This document shows, one piece after another, positions 46,519-55,977 of a DNA stretch of 64,000 bases (the first letter of the stretch is position 1; each line of letters begins with the position of its first letter). The position numbers and the translations under genes are program-made. The notes beneath the pieces are model-generated. The model did not search any database. It saw nothing but the letters and a program-made list of their open reading frames with translations, and was not told the DNA's origin. The stretch lies in the sequence record NC_042100.1. One strand, given 5' to 3'.

Positions 46519-47523
46519 ATGGAATACACACATCATGATGACAATGAATTGCTTGACGCAGTAGCTTACCGCATACAAACCGCAATTCAAAACAAATCCG
46601 GTATGGAGGACATGCTCGGTATTACTAAGTTGGTTTGGGCTCTTTACCCATTTACTTCTGACCTCCGCTTCATGAAGGATTACGCCTTTACGTTGAGTGA
46701 CGGTTATCTTACGGTGGATTTCCCTAAGACCAAAGACGAACTCCATATGTTTAACAAAGAACCCGGTCTTTATTTTAAAGCGGGTGTGGATTGTAAGATT
46801 AAATTCCATCAAACTTTCCCCTTTAATAAAACATTCCCTTTAAAAGAGGTCACCAGTTATAAACTCATGACTCGTATTTATCTGGGGGAAGAAACCCCAA
46901 ATATCGCTTTCTCACCAGAAGGTCATTACGGGTTCCCGTTTATTGGTCCGCTACGTTTAGTGGGTAAAAAGTTCCACCCCGGAGAAATGCATTATGTGTT
47001 GTTTCCATTGGAGTTGGAAACCACTAGTCTCAAAAACCTACCGAGTCAAATGGGATTATCGTTCTTAAAACCTGATCCAGATAAGCCAGATTACATCACC
47101 ATTGCTAAACTTGATGCGGTGCGATTAGCAATGATCATTGGGAGTAATCCAGAGAACGCAGAATTCTACTTAGAAGAGTGGTTTAAAGATCCTCGTTTCC
47201 CAGCTTACTCGGAAGATTCTACCGTGACTGTAGGTGACGTGACATTAACCTACCCGAACGATCAGCGTGATTTACTTGCGCTTAAAGATTGGAAGGTTGA
47301 TTTCACTAAAGCTTTAAATGTAAAAATTAACGACGATGCATCAATGTCACCGAACACGACATCGCCAACGTTCTCCGGGGAGCAAATACCTGCGGTGAAA
47401 AAGATACCACAACATTTGCTGTTAACCCAAGTGAATCTATTACGTGAACACCTTGGGTTGCCTCCAGTCAAAGCAAAATGGTCTGTTGGTGGAGATATTA
47501 TCGACTTAGAGGAAGAGTCATGA
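46519..47523 (+). CDS. Hypothetical protein
   Basis: 334 aa, 3 nt after the upstream stop. Confidence 0.65.
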   Translation: MEYTHHDDNELLDAVAYRIQTAIQNKSGMEDMLGITKLVWALYPFTSDLRFMKDYAFTLSDGYLTVDFPKTKDELHMFNKEPGLYFKAGVDCKIKFHQTFPFNKTFPLKEVTSYKLMTRIYLGEETPNIAFSPEGHYGFPFIGPLRLVGKKFHPGEMHYVLFPLELETTSLKNLPSQMGLSFLKPDPDKPDYITIAKLDAVRLAMIIGSNPENAEFYLEEWFKDPRFPAYSEDSTVTVGDVTLTYPNDQRDLLALKDWKVDFTKALNVKINDDASMSPNTTSPTFSGEQIPAVKKIPQHLLLTQVNLLREHLGLPPVKAKWSVGGDIIDLEEES

Positions 47524-48269
47524 CAGAAAAAGATCGTTCTATATTTGGTGAATTCACACCGGAACAGTTCCTTGAGGTTATGAAAGGTGAGTATTTTGAC
47601 GAGCAACTGCTCCGAAAGTGGTTAACGGAAAAACGGGAGATGAGTCTACTAACCCAACTCCCACCGTCCCTGAGCTTTTCTATCCAACGCAGGTTCTATA
47701 ACGTCATTATTCCGACGAACGACGTTATGTACACTTGCATAGATAACCTCGACCATTATCCCATGGTGGTGTCAGAAGACCTAATGGGGGTGAGTGAGAT
47801 TTTGAATCATCTCTTGATGGACGAGTATAAGGAACGTAAAGTAATTTCTGTGGCACTTCGTAGGTTGTTAATGGAAACCTCCAACCACCATAACGATTAT
47901 CCATACATACTTGAAGTGACTGTCGGGAACGAACAGCTGACACTAAGTTTCTTAAATGAAAGTTTTGTGGATATGGATCCTTTAGAGTGGACAGAAAAAT
48001 ACGTAGATCACCGAATCTTAAACGGGTCCTACGATCGTAAATCGCTCGATGAACGCCATGAGGATGGTCCTACTAATTCATCTGATGAGATGTTCAAAGA
48101 AGTTGGTAACTCTTTACAGGAAGCCATACAGGAAGTTAAAGAAACACCTTTGGCTGAACACATCGAAGGTGGGATGGGTGACGACGGTCGTTATGTAGTT
48201 AAAACCTTCCGTCAGTTCCATAACCGTGAAGAGTACTTGGATTACATGCGTAAAGTCATGGACCTTTAA
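47520..48269 (+). CDS. Hypothetical acidic protein
   Basis: ATGA overlap at 47520 with SD gagga, preferred over the track's 47478. Confidence 0.65.
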   Translation: MTEKDRSIFGEFTPEQFLEVMKGEYFDEQLLRKWLTEKREMSLLTQLPPSLSFSIQRRFYNVIIPTNDVMYTCIDNLDHYPMVVSEDLMGVSEILNHLLMDEYKERKVISVALRRLLMETSNHHNDYPYILEVTVGNEQLTLSFLNESFVDMDPLEWTEKYVDHRILNGSYDRKSLDERHEDGPTNSSDEMFKEVGNSLQEAIQEVKETPLAEHIEGGMGDDGRYVVKTFRQFHNREEYLDYMRKVMDL

Positions 48270-48278
48270 TAAACATTC

Positions 48279-48331
48279 TAACCTCACCTCCTTAACGGGA
48301 GGTGAGGTTATGTTTGCTTTCTTTATTTTTT
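48279..48331 (+). terminator. Intrinsic terminator
   Basis: 14-bp stem TAACCTCACCTCCT/GGGAGGTGAGGTTA followed by T tracts. Confidence 0.8.
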
Positions 48332-48343
48332 AACATACAGTTT

Positions 48344-48370
48344 ATTTCAGACCTATATAGTCTAGGTGTA
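48344..48370 (+). promoter_or_regulatory. Putative early promoter, copy D (variant)
   Basis: ATTTCAGACCTATATAGTCTAGGTG aligns to copies A-C. Follows a terminator. Confidence 0.5.
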
Positions 48371-48419
48371 TAAAGATACATGTATTTAAATTCAACTAAC
48401 CTTAAAGAAGGAACACATT

Positions 48420-48863
48420 ATGTCTAACAAAAACCAAAACAAAAACGCTGGTAAAAACGAAGCTGAATACGTAGATGATTTCGAAAAGTACGAAGGTCCT
48501 AAAACTGAAGAAACTAAAGGTTCAGATAAAGACCAAGGTACTTCTGAAGCTTCGAAGAAAGAAACCCCTGTTAATGAAGGTAAACAAGGCATTAACCTTT
48601 ACAGCCTAGTAGGTGGACTAATCGCAGGTGGTGCAGTAAGCGCTTACACTCGTTCTACAACAGCCGCTATTACAACAGCGGGTGCCGTTGGCGGGGCTTC
48701 CTACTACCTAGGTAAACAAGACCGTGAAAGATCTATGGTGAAGGATGTTGCTATCGGTGCAGCGGTCGGTGTAGTTAGTGCAACAGCAGGTAGCATGTTG
48801 GGTTCTCTATTCGACAACCCTGATGCAGAAGAGTTGGAAACTATCCCTACACAACAAGACTAA
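48420..48863 (+). CDS. Membrane protein with charged N-terminus and glycine-zipper helices
   Basis: SD aagga. LVGGLIAGGAVS...AGAVGGAS and AIGAAVGVVSATAGSMLG. Confidence 0.7.
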   Translation: MSNKNQNKNAGKNEAEYVDDFEKYEGPKTEETKGSDKDQGTSEASKKETPVNEGKQGINLYSLVGGLIAGGAVSAYTRSTTAAITTAGAVGGASYYLGKQDRERSMVKDVAIGAAVGVVSATAGSMLGSLFDNPDAEELETIPTQQD

Positions 48864-48872
48864 GTTATTAGG

Positions 48873-49313
48873 ATGTTATGGGCGAAAGCCTGTAACATCC
48901 TAAAACTAAAACAATTTATTTTTTGTCTATTACTAAGGTCGAATCTGATGAGCATTGAAGTCGCACCGCACCCGATACCTTTCCTAACGGAAGCATTAAC
49001 ATTGGGTGAAATTAATGACTTTAAACCACGGCTAGTTAAGCTGATGGTTGAAGACGACATCTCAGAGAACTGGAAACATCCTAAGCTCTCGGAGTGTAAA
49101 ACCGTGCTTTATGATAAAGGCTGGTACCGTGGTGACGCGGAACTTACTCATAATGTCAGCTTGGTTTTTCTGTATTGGTTAGAACGTTGTTCTGGTAAAG
49201 AAGCTTTACTTAAGCGAGCTTACCAACACTTCTACTTACTAGGTGACCATGGTACTAAATTCTTTGGACATCTAAACACACTTTACGACGTGTTAAGATC
49301 CCATAGGAAATAA
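48873..49313 (+). CDS. Hypothetical protein
   Basis: 146 aa. The start is uncertain (ATG 48873 or 48948). Confidence 0.55.
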   Translation: MLWAKACNILKLKQFIFCLLLRSNLMSIEVAPHPIPFLTEALTLGEINDFKPRLVKLMVEDDISENWKHPKLSECKTVLYDKGWYRGDAELTHNVSLVFLYWLERCSGKEALLKRAYQHFYLLGDHGTKFFGHLNTLYDVLRSHRK

Positions 49314-49314
49314 A

Positions 49315-49362
49315 TATACCCACCTCCCCGTTTGGGGAGGTGGGTATATACAGTTTATTTTT
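49315..49362. terminator. Bidirectional intrinsic terminator
   Basis: 15-bp stem TATACCCACCTCCCC/GGGGAGGTGGGTATA between convergent genes. Confidence 0.85.
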
Positions 49363-52269
49363 TTACTCTTCCGGTTCTTCTAAACCTTCGTCGTCCTCCA
49401 ATTCTTCTGTTTCCTCAGACTCTTCCTCTTCAGCAGGCTCGTCTGTTTCTTCAGCTTCCTCGGTTTCCTCAGACTCTTCTGGTTCTTCAGTCCCGTCAAG
49501 TTCTTCACTCTCAAAGTCAGTGGACTCATCGGTGTCTTCTAAGGATTCATCTGTGTCGTCTCCAACGGTGTCACCGATCCCTAACGGGTCGGAGTTTTCG
49601 TCACCGGTGAACTCTGAACCTTCCGGTTTAGGTAAAGCCTTAGCAAGTCGTTCCACACGATCGTCGAACTGTTTCATGTATTCAATGATAAAGTTACCCA
49701 CGTTCTCGTTAAAGTAATCGAGCTCGTTAAGTAAGGAGAACATACCACCCTCTTTACCTTTGTTCATGATATCATCGAAAGGTGTTGGGACATTGAACAG
49801 TTTAAACGCTCGGTAACGGATTACTGCTGCAAACTGACTTTCCAGTTCATCAGGACTCAGTTTTTCACTGTCGATATTCAATCGTTCCAGCAGTGGACCC
49901 ATTAACCCTTTCGCCGCAGACATCGACACCACTTTCTCAGACCATTCCTCGGCTAACTCCATTTTCTCTTTGATCTTAGTCACCGACTCCATTGTTGTTG
50001 GACGTGGTAAAGAAACAAAGAAGTTTTGAAGGAAGTCGTTTAAGATCACCATGACTTTCTCTTGTTTGTCACCTTCGATCTTAGCTTTAGAATCCGGCAC
50101 CAATAACTTTTCCGGTGCGTCCAGAATCGTGTCCACCAAACGGTTCATCACCGGTTCGTTAACTAGGGCATTCTTACGAATAATGTCGGTTAACATTTCG
50201 GCAAGTTGGGTTTGATACATGATCGTTTGGTTGCACAATGTTTCTTGTTCAGCCAATGCTTCGATCTGGAAGTTATTCCCGTTTTCATCTCGTTCATCTA
50301 ACCAACTGCGAGGCAAACCATAAGTGTTGGCAATGGAAGACAGCAAATACTGACGAGAATCTTCATCAACACGCTTAAACGAAGTACGGTCGATTTGGTT
50401 CACCTGCATTTGTGGTGCAGTGACAAATTTGTTATCACCTGCTTCCACACGGATTAACAAAGATTGTTCTTTTAACGCATCCACAATCATCGGCATCGAT
50501 AACGTACCAGATGAAATCAGGTTATGAACCGTAGGATTCGATTTAAAGAACTCATAACGCGCCATAGAGATCGTTAAGTCTGGGTCGGTGTCCTGAGCTT
50601 CTAACGCCACCACGAGCTCGTTACGTGTTTGAGCGTTATCTAGTTGTGCTAGTGCATCTGCAACATCCAATGCCGCTAGACGTGCGATGAAGTCTTTTGC
50701 TTGTGTAGTTAACGACTCACCAATACCTAGACGGTTGTACTGGAACGCCATATAAGTGAAGTAACACTCAGGAATGTAAAGTACTCGTGTGCGTTGTTGC
50801 TGGAAAGCACGTTCTAGGAAGAGCTTCAGCACATCTTCTTCCAAATCGATTGAAACGTCCGAACCATCGCTTCCTGACCATACCGCTTGGTAAAGTTCTT
50901 TCTCAATTTGTGACTTCGCGATCATTGCAAATTCACTCATATCAAAATCACACTCACCTCCGCTTTGGACTTTACGTAAGTTAGCGACCAATGAGTTAGT
51001 TGACGTACCAGTTGGTTTGTCGTCAATCTTATTGGCTTGGGCACTCAATGACTGGTAGAATCGGTAATCCTTACTCATTTTCAGGAACTCACCGTTTTCA
51101 TCCAACAATGCATAACCACCACGGAGGCGATTAACGTCACCATGAACGTGTACTGGAATGAAACAATCACTCGGAAGATGGTAACCTAAAGGAGTTCCCC
51201 AAGGCGCTTGACTGTAAACTCTTGGCGCGCGTAAAGATTGCGCGGCTTTAGTTGCATAACTGCGATCACCCGGCATAACTTGTTGCAGAGCTTCTTGTTG
51301 CGCTAAACCAAGGTTTGCGGTTTTAGCACCCGGGTTAGGTTGCTTAGTCTTCTTGCTCTTTTCTTTATCAGCACTACTCAGTACGTCGGTTTTAGCCATA
51401 CGGTTAGCAACGTAACTCTGGATGGACTCATTACCCTGAATACCGTTTAATCGTTCCTTGATACGCTGACGCATGTTTTGGACAGCTAACACACTGACGT
51501 TATCTGTTACCGTAATGCCGAATTTCTCATCAATGATGGGGAACTCATAATCGTCTTCACCAGAACCATCGTTCCAGATAGCTTCCATACCAGTTACTTT
51601 ATCGTCTACCGCTTTTGGATTTTTAACAAATCCAATGTTCTTGGCTAACATCACCGACTTATCATTTAACGTGGTTTGTTTGAACACGTTATTGATTTCT
51701 CTTTCAACCGACTCACGGTATTGTTGTTTGGTGAAGCTTTCGTTACCTTCAACGATCTGATTGCCGTTAATGATGTTGTCAAGCGCAGGACGAGTGATGT
51801 TTAGCTTTACGTAACTACCACTACCAATTAATAAGTCAGAGACCATATTTGGTAGTTCACGCTCGATTTTATAGTCGTTGGTGTAGTACTCACTCAAGAC
51901 CCTTAGCAAGCTATCATGCAATTTAGTGTTTTTGTATTCACTGTTGTTCGAGTCGTACTCCAGAATGTTTTTCGTTGCACCGTTAGGGTGTAAGATCAAC
52001 GTTTTCCAAATTACTTCAGCCTTGGTAATATAAGGTGTGATTTTCTTAAGGTCAACGTTAGCGTTGATCGTATTGGCGATAATGTCGCCTAGACTCTTTA
52101 GCTTACGACCTTCAACCCGACGAAGTTGTTCCTCTTCGGTACCGGTACCCTCGGATCGAGTTTCTGCTACCCGAACGTTAAGTATTGCTTCTAGTGGTTT
52201 AGGGACACGCGATAGCGACTTACGTAGTTCCGTAAGGTCGACTCGAGTATTACCTCTCGTTTGTTTCAT
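49363..52269 (-). CDS. Portal protein (phiKZ gp129-like)
   Basis: 968 aa. LGYHLPSDCFIPVH..GD...GGYALLDENG and YIPECYFTYMAF.YN..GIG motifs. GNES and GMEA sites. Divergent pairing with a ~700-aa virion gene, as in phiKZ-like phages. Confidence 0.75.
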   Translation of the reverse strand: MKQTRGNTRVDLTELRKSLSRVPKPLEAILNVRVAETRSEGTGTEEEQLRRVEGRKLKSLGDIIANTINANVDLKKITPYITKAEVIWKTLILHPNGATKNILEYDSNNSEYKNTKLHDSLLRVLSEYYTNDYKIERELPNMVSDLLIGSGSYVKLNITRPALDNIINGNQIVEGNESFTKQQYRESVEREINNVFKQTTLNDKSVMLAKNIGFVKNPKAVDDKVTGMEAIWNDGSGEDDYEFPIIDEKFGITVTDNVSVLAVQNMRQRIKERLNGIQGNESIQSYVANRMAKTDVLSSADKEKSKKTKQPNPGAKTANLGLAQQEALQQVMPGDRSYATKAAQSLRAPRVYSQAPWGTPLGYHLPSDCFIPVHVHGDVNRLRGGYALLDENGEFLKMSKDYRFYQSLSAQANKIDDKPTGTSTNSLVANLRKVQSGGECDFDMSEFAMIAKSQIEKELYQAVWSGSDGSDVSIDLEEDVLKLFLERAFQQQRTRVLYIPECYFTYMAFQYNRLGIGESLTTQAKDFIARLAALDVADALAQLDNAQTRNELVVALEAQDTDPDLTISMARYEFFKSNPTVHNLISSGTLSMPMIVDALKEQSLLIRVEAGDNKFVTAPQMQVNQIDRTSFKRVDEDSRQYLLSSIANTYGLPRSWLDERDENGNNFQIEALAEQETLCNQTIMYQTQLAEMLTDIIRKNALVNEPVMNRLVDTILDAPEKLLVPDSKAKIEGDKQEKVMVILNDFLQNFFVSLPRPTTMESVTKIKEKMELAEEWSEKVVSMSAAKGLMGPLLERLNIDSEKLSPDELESQFAAVIRYRAFKLFNVPTPFDDIMNKGKEGGMFSLLNELDYFNENVGNFIIEYMKQFDDRVERLAKALPKPEGSEFTGDENSDPLGIGDTVGDDTDESLEDTDESTDFESEELDGTEEPEESEETEEAEETDEPAEEEESEETEELEDDEGLEEPEE

Positions 52270-52289
52270 AACACCCTCTTGGATAAACT

Positions 52290-54401
52290 ATGGAAAATAT
52301 TGAATTTAACGCCCACGTGGAGAGCGTACTCAGTTTGATGCGTACGTTGGTTATAAAGTGTGAAGCCATCGGCGTCACCGATAACCGTCTCCTCGCAGAA
52401 GCGGGGTACCCGGTGTCTCAAGATAAGCGCAAGTGGCGTTATTATCTCAATATGACCGGGGAATACCACGAGACTGATGAACCCATGTACGTAGCCTCCA
52501 TCGATAATGGAGAGCAGATTTTGTTCAGTAAAGTTAACCTTGATATTCACTTGGCAACACGCCGAGCGTATCAACCGGGTTCTTACTGGTATAAACGATT
52601 GACCGAAGAACACCCGGGTCAAATCGATTTAATCAACGGGATCATAGACCCCATAAATATGGAGGACGCGATCGCTGCTGAAGACTATAAGATCTTACGC
52701 TACAATAAAGATTTAATCGAAACTAATGAAGATCAACTAATCCCCGGTTTACAACAATGGATCAATGCGTACACACAACGTCACTTTAAGACGGATTACA
52801 TGTACACAGAAAACCTACAGCTACCTATAGACTTGGCGACGATGTACGGTTTAATGATTCCACTGGTACTGATATTAAGATTAGAAGCATTTGGTACGCG
52901 TAATGTTTCTGATTACCATGTTTGGAATCGTCTCAATTCTTACGGGGACTTCCGGACTTATCGTGCCGGGTTAGGTCAAACCCAGAAAATGTGGTTATAC
53001 CGTAACATCGAGTACTTAAGAAATAACCTCGGTAAGAACTTTACCTTAGAGCAACTCATCTCAAACTTATTGACACCAGAGTCTATTCCGATCTTTCATT
53101 ATCGTTCTATTATCAACACTGAGCAGATGGAAACTGACCAAGGTCAACCAGAAGGGTTGTTCGTTAAAGAACGACTTAACTTCAAAGAACTCGAATACGA
53201 CACCGGGGAACGTTTCACTAACTCTCAATTGTTGTCATTTGAGGAGCCAATGGCGAGAGACAATGCTCTACTCAAAGCATATCATGAAGTGCTTGTTGAA
53301 CCTGAGTCCAAAGAAACGACTTTTAATGATCTAAGTACTAAGGTGTTGGACTCCACTATGGAGGACTACACCAACCGTCATGACGATACATTAATGAAAA
53401 CGTTGTTCCATGAATGGATTTACACCAGTAAACACAAACTGTATGAATCTATCGTGGACTTCATAGACCCACTCAACGGTAATCATGTGCGTTTGAATAC
53501 TCATGATGCTCTGATCTACTGGCAGTTGTTATTGCGTTCTTATCTAGGCACGCCGGTTGAAGTCATTGAACCGTTCTGGTTCCAATGGGTGATGACTAAG
53601 GACTTACGTGACTTTGATACCTTCCGAGCCGCTGGTCCATCACCTGCACTTCATGATTCGGTAGTGATTGATATCCGTAAACAATGGGTGCCTAAGCTCA
53701 AAGTAATTTCCCCAGATGCATTCTTTGATCAGTGCTTTACCATTCATCAAGCAAAATGGAAAGCTAAGAAAATCTATTCACAGCATGATGAACTGTATCA
53801 ACATGCTTACACCAAAGAATGTGTTCGTCGTTTGTATGACCATGGTGTCTATTACCTTCATGACCCAGCGGTTCACCCTAGTGCACAGTCTTGGTTAGAT
53901 GATAAAGAACTCCACCTAGGGGACTACAGTAAATCAGAGTTGATCGAGCTATGTTGGGAGATCTTCACTAAAGCCACTGGCTGGGATGTCAAGGGTGTAG
54001 TTTCCTTACGACAGATTCAATCTAACTTAGTTTCTTTGATGACTGACCTGAGTTCTTACACCATTCAAATCCTAAAGGATATTGATGACGGTAATACGAC
54101 GGCGGAAAATACGGATAACGTTCACCTAGGACTCACTGGGGATAACCAAATGAGTAACGTGGGTGATTACCTTGCTAATCCTCTAGTGCCGGTAGACATC
54201 CATGCAGTACCTTTGGCAGCAATGAATGAATACCTGATTACAATCGACGACCGAAACCATGACGTTAAACTTTCTGGTTCCACTCTTCATAATGGAAATC
54301 TTAACGTCGATGTTGGAGTAACAGAAATCCCACGAGATCAAGTCGCTAATCTACGTGTCCCAGTTTCAGTGGGTGTGAGAGAAGCTACTTGGGCTTACTA
54401 A
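52290..54401 (+). CDS. Virion structural protein, probable baseplate (phiKZ gp128-like)
   Basis: 703 aa. WRYYLNMTGEYHETD, YRNIEYL..NLGK and LSSYTIQIL motifs. Confidence 0.7.
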   Translation: MENIEFNAHVESVLSLMRTLVIKCEAIGVTDNRLLAEAGYPVSQDKRKWRYYLNMTGEYHETDEPMYVASIDNGEQILFSKVNLDIHLATRRAYQPGSYWYKRLTEEHPGQIDLINGIIDPINMEDAIAAEDYKILRYNKDLIETNEDQLIPGLQQWINAYTQRHFKTDYMYTENLQLPIDLATMYGLMIPLVLILRLEAFGTRNVSDYHVWNRLNSYGDFRTYRAGLGQTQKMWLYRNIEYLRNNLGKNFTLEQLISNLLTPESIPIFHYRSIINTEQMETDQGQPEGLFVKERLNFKELEYDTGERFTNSQLLSFEEPMARDNALLKAYHEVLVEPESKETTFNDLSTKVLDSTMEDYTNRHDDTLMKTLFHEWIYTSKHKLYESIVDFIDPLNGNHVRLNTHDALIYWQLLLRSYLGTPVEVIEPFWFQWVMTKDLRDFDTFRAAGPSPALHDSVVIDIRKQWVPKLKVISPDAFFDQCFTIHQAKWKAKKIYSQHDELYQHAYTKECVRRLYDHGVYYLHDPAVHPSAQSWLDDKELHLGDYSKSELIELCWEIFTKATGWDVKGVVSLRQIQSNLVSLMTDLSSYTIQILKDIDDGNTTAENTDNVHLGLTGDNQMSNVGDYLANPLVPVDIHAVPLAAMNEYLITIDDRNHDVKLSGSTLHNGNLNVDVGVTEIPRDQVANLRVPVSVGVREATWAY

Positions 54402-54460
54402 TTACTAACCTTATAATGGTATGTAAACTATTATAATTTTGATCAAAAGGATCTTTACAC

Positions 54461-55375
54461 ATGGCTAACCAAAACGACCTGATCCGAGAATCAGATAACT
54501 CTCGTGTTCCGGCGCAAATGGTATCCACTCAACCGATGGGTACCAACATCATGATTGCTAAGGCGACCAACAAACAACTAAACATACCGCCTAACACGAC
54601 ATTAAACGAACACCACGAAATCGAAGTGAATAACTCGTTGGGTGTTAAGAACGGTCAAGACTTTGTATTGGGTTACTTTGGTGTAGGTATCAAAGGCTAT
54701 CAGGTAGTGGGTAACCACCCGATCACCCAAGTTCCGGTGAATTATACCAACCAACACCAGCCATTCGATCAAAACCTGTTCTACTCTATCCCTTTGTGTG
54801 CTCGTCCTCTAGACGACGACCTCAACGAACAAGAGCGTGAAAAATACCGTATCCGCACGATTAAGATCTTAGACGGTGTCCCGACCGCACTTTACTGGTT
54901 GATGAAAACTGGGATGAGTGAATTCAATCCTAAGACTAAGCGTGCTTACCGTAAACCAGACACCGGTAACGAAGTTCCGGAAGATTACGTGTACCGACCA
55001 GAGTCACTTAACCCTGAACCAATCGCATTGTCTTCAAACGGAACGGTTCCACTGTCAAACACATACTTGACATCTTCTGGTTTGATGGACTTATCACTCA
55101 ATGGGACTGCGTTAGAAGAACTCCGTAACGTATGTCGTTTGATGTTTGGTGATCCTTCACTGGCCGCGGTATCAGAATACCAAATCGTGTGGGGTATCGA
55201 ATCCACAACCGAAGGGCAAGGTCCGGGTGGTACAACGTTCCGTCACAAAGAGTTGATCTCAGCAGTAACTCAATACGTTATTTCTGAACGTCATGCTCGT
55301 GATGCTAACTCTAACGGCGATATCGTCCTTAAATATGACTTGGGTGCCGCTTACCCAATGTTGTTAGAAGAATAA
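54461..55375 (+). CDS. Virion structural protein
   Basis: 304 aa with LGYFGVGIKG and SIPLCARPLDDDL motifs. A TATG lies at 54420-54423 upstream. Confidence 0.6.
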   Translation: MANQNDLIRESDNSRVPAQMVSTQPMGTNIMIAKATNKQLNIPPNTTLNEHHEIEVNNSLGVKNGQDFVLGYFGVGIKGYQVVGNHPITQVPVNYTNQHQPFDQNLFYSIPLCARPLDDDLNEQEREKYRIRTIKILDGVPTALYWLMKTGMSEFNPKTKRAYRKPDTGNEVPEDYVYRPESLNPEPIALSSNGTVPLSNTYLTSSGLMDLSLNGTALEELRNVCRLMFGDPSLAAVSEYQIVWGIESTTEGQGPGGTTFRHKELISAVTQYVISERHARDANSNGDIVLKYDLGAAYPMLLEE

Positions 55376-55977
55376 TGGAAACACTTCCACTCCCAGAAGG
55401 GTGGATACGTTCTATAGCGATAGACCCATCCACCTCCCGGATGGGGATGTCTATTATTGACGTCAATCTCGAACAACCGGAACGTTTTAAATTACAATGG
55501 GTGGAAACCATCCATGGTGATAAAATGGAACATTTTGGTTCAACGAACTATGACGATGACGGTGCAGTGCAATCCCGCATACTGGGGTTGTCTAAAGCGT
55601 ACCGCAAACTATTAGACTTCTTTAACCCTACGGTAGCGGCGTGTGAAGATAACTTCTTAGGGGCATCTCCAGATACCTTTAAGAGACTTATCGAAGCGGT
55701 CTCATTGCTGCGTACTGAAACTGAGAATTATGGGAACGGGCTCTACATGGTGAACGTTCCACCTCGGGCGGCTAAGGAAACCGTTGGGGCCAACTTTAAG
55801 GGTACACAAAAAGAAGACGTGACCAAAGGTATTAAGAAATACGAAAATATTGACCTTAACGGACACGACTTGGATTTGCTGGATGAACACTCGATCGATG
55901 CTATAGCGATAAACTTAAATTTGTGTGAGCGTATCGCTAAAGATCGAGGTAAATTCCATGACACAAAAAATACCTGA
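55375..55977 (+). CDS. ruvC: RuvC-like Holliday junction resolvase
   Basis: Catalytic motifs IAIDPS, ACEDNF, KEDV and HSIDAIAI of the RNase H-fold RuvC family. Confidence 0.85.
   Translation: METLPLPEGWIRSIAIDPSTSRMGMSIIDVNLEQPERFKLQWVETIHGDKMEHFGSTNYDDDGAVQSRILGLSKAYRKLLDFFNPTVAACEDNFLGASPDTFKRLIEAVSLLRTETENYGNGLYMVNVPPRAAKETVGANFKGTQKEDVTKGIKKYENIDLNGHDLDLLDEHSIDAIAINLNLCERIAKDRGKFHDTKNT

Noticed and set aside
49332-49717. Ser-rich 125-aa and Leu/Gln-rich 92-aa + strand ORFs
   Set aside because: They are antisense shadows of the Glu/Asp-rich portal tail codons. They start inside the terminator hairpin and have no SD.
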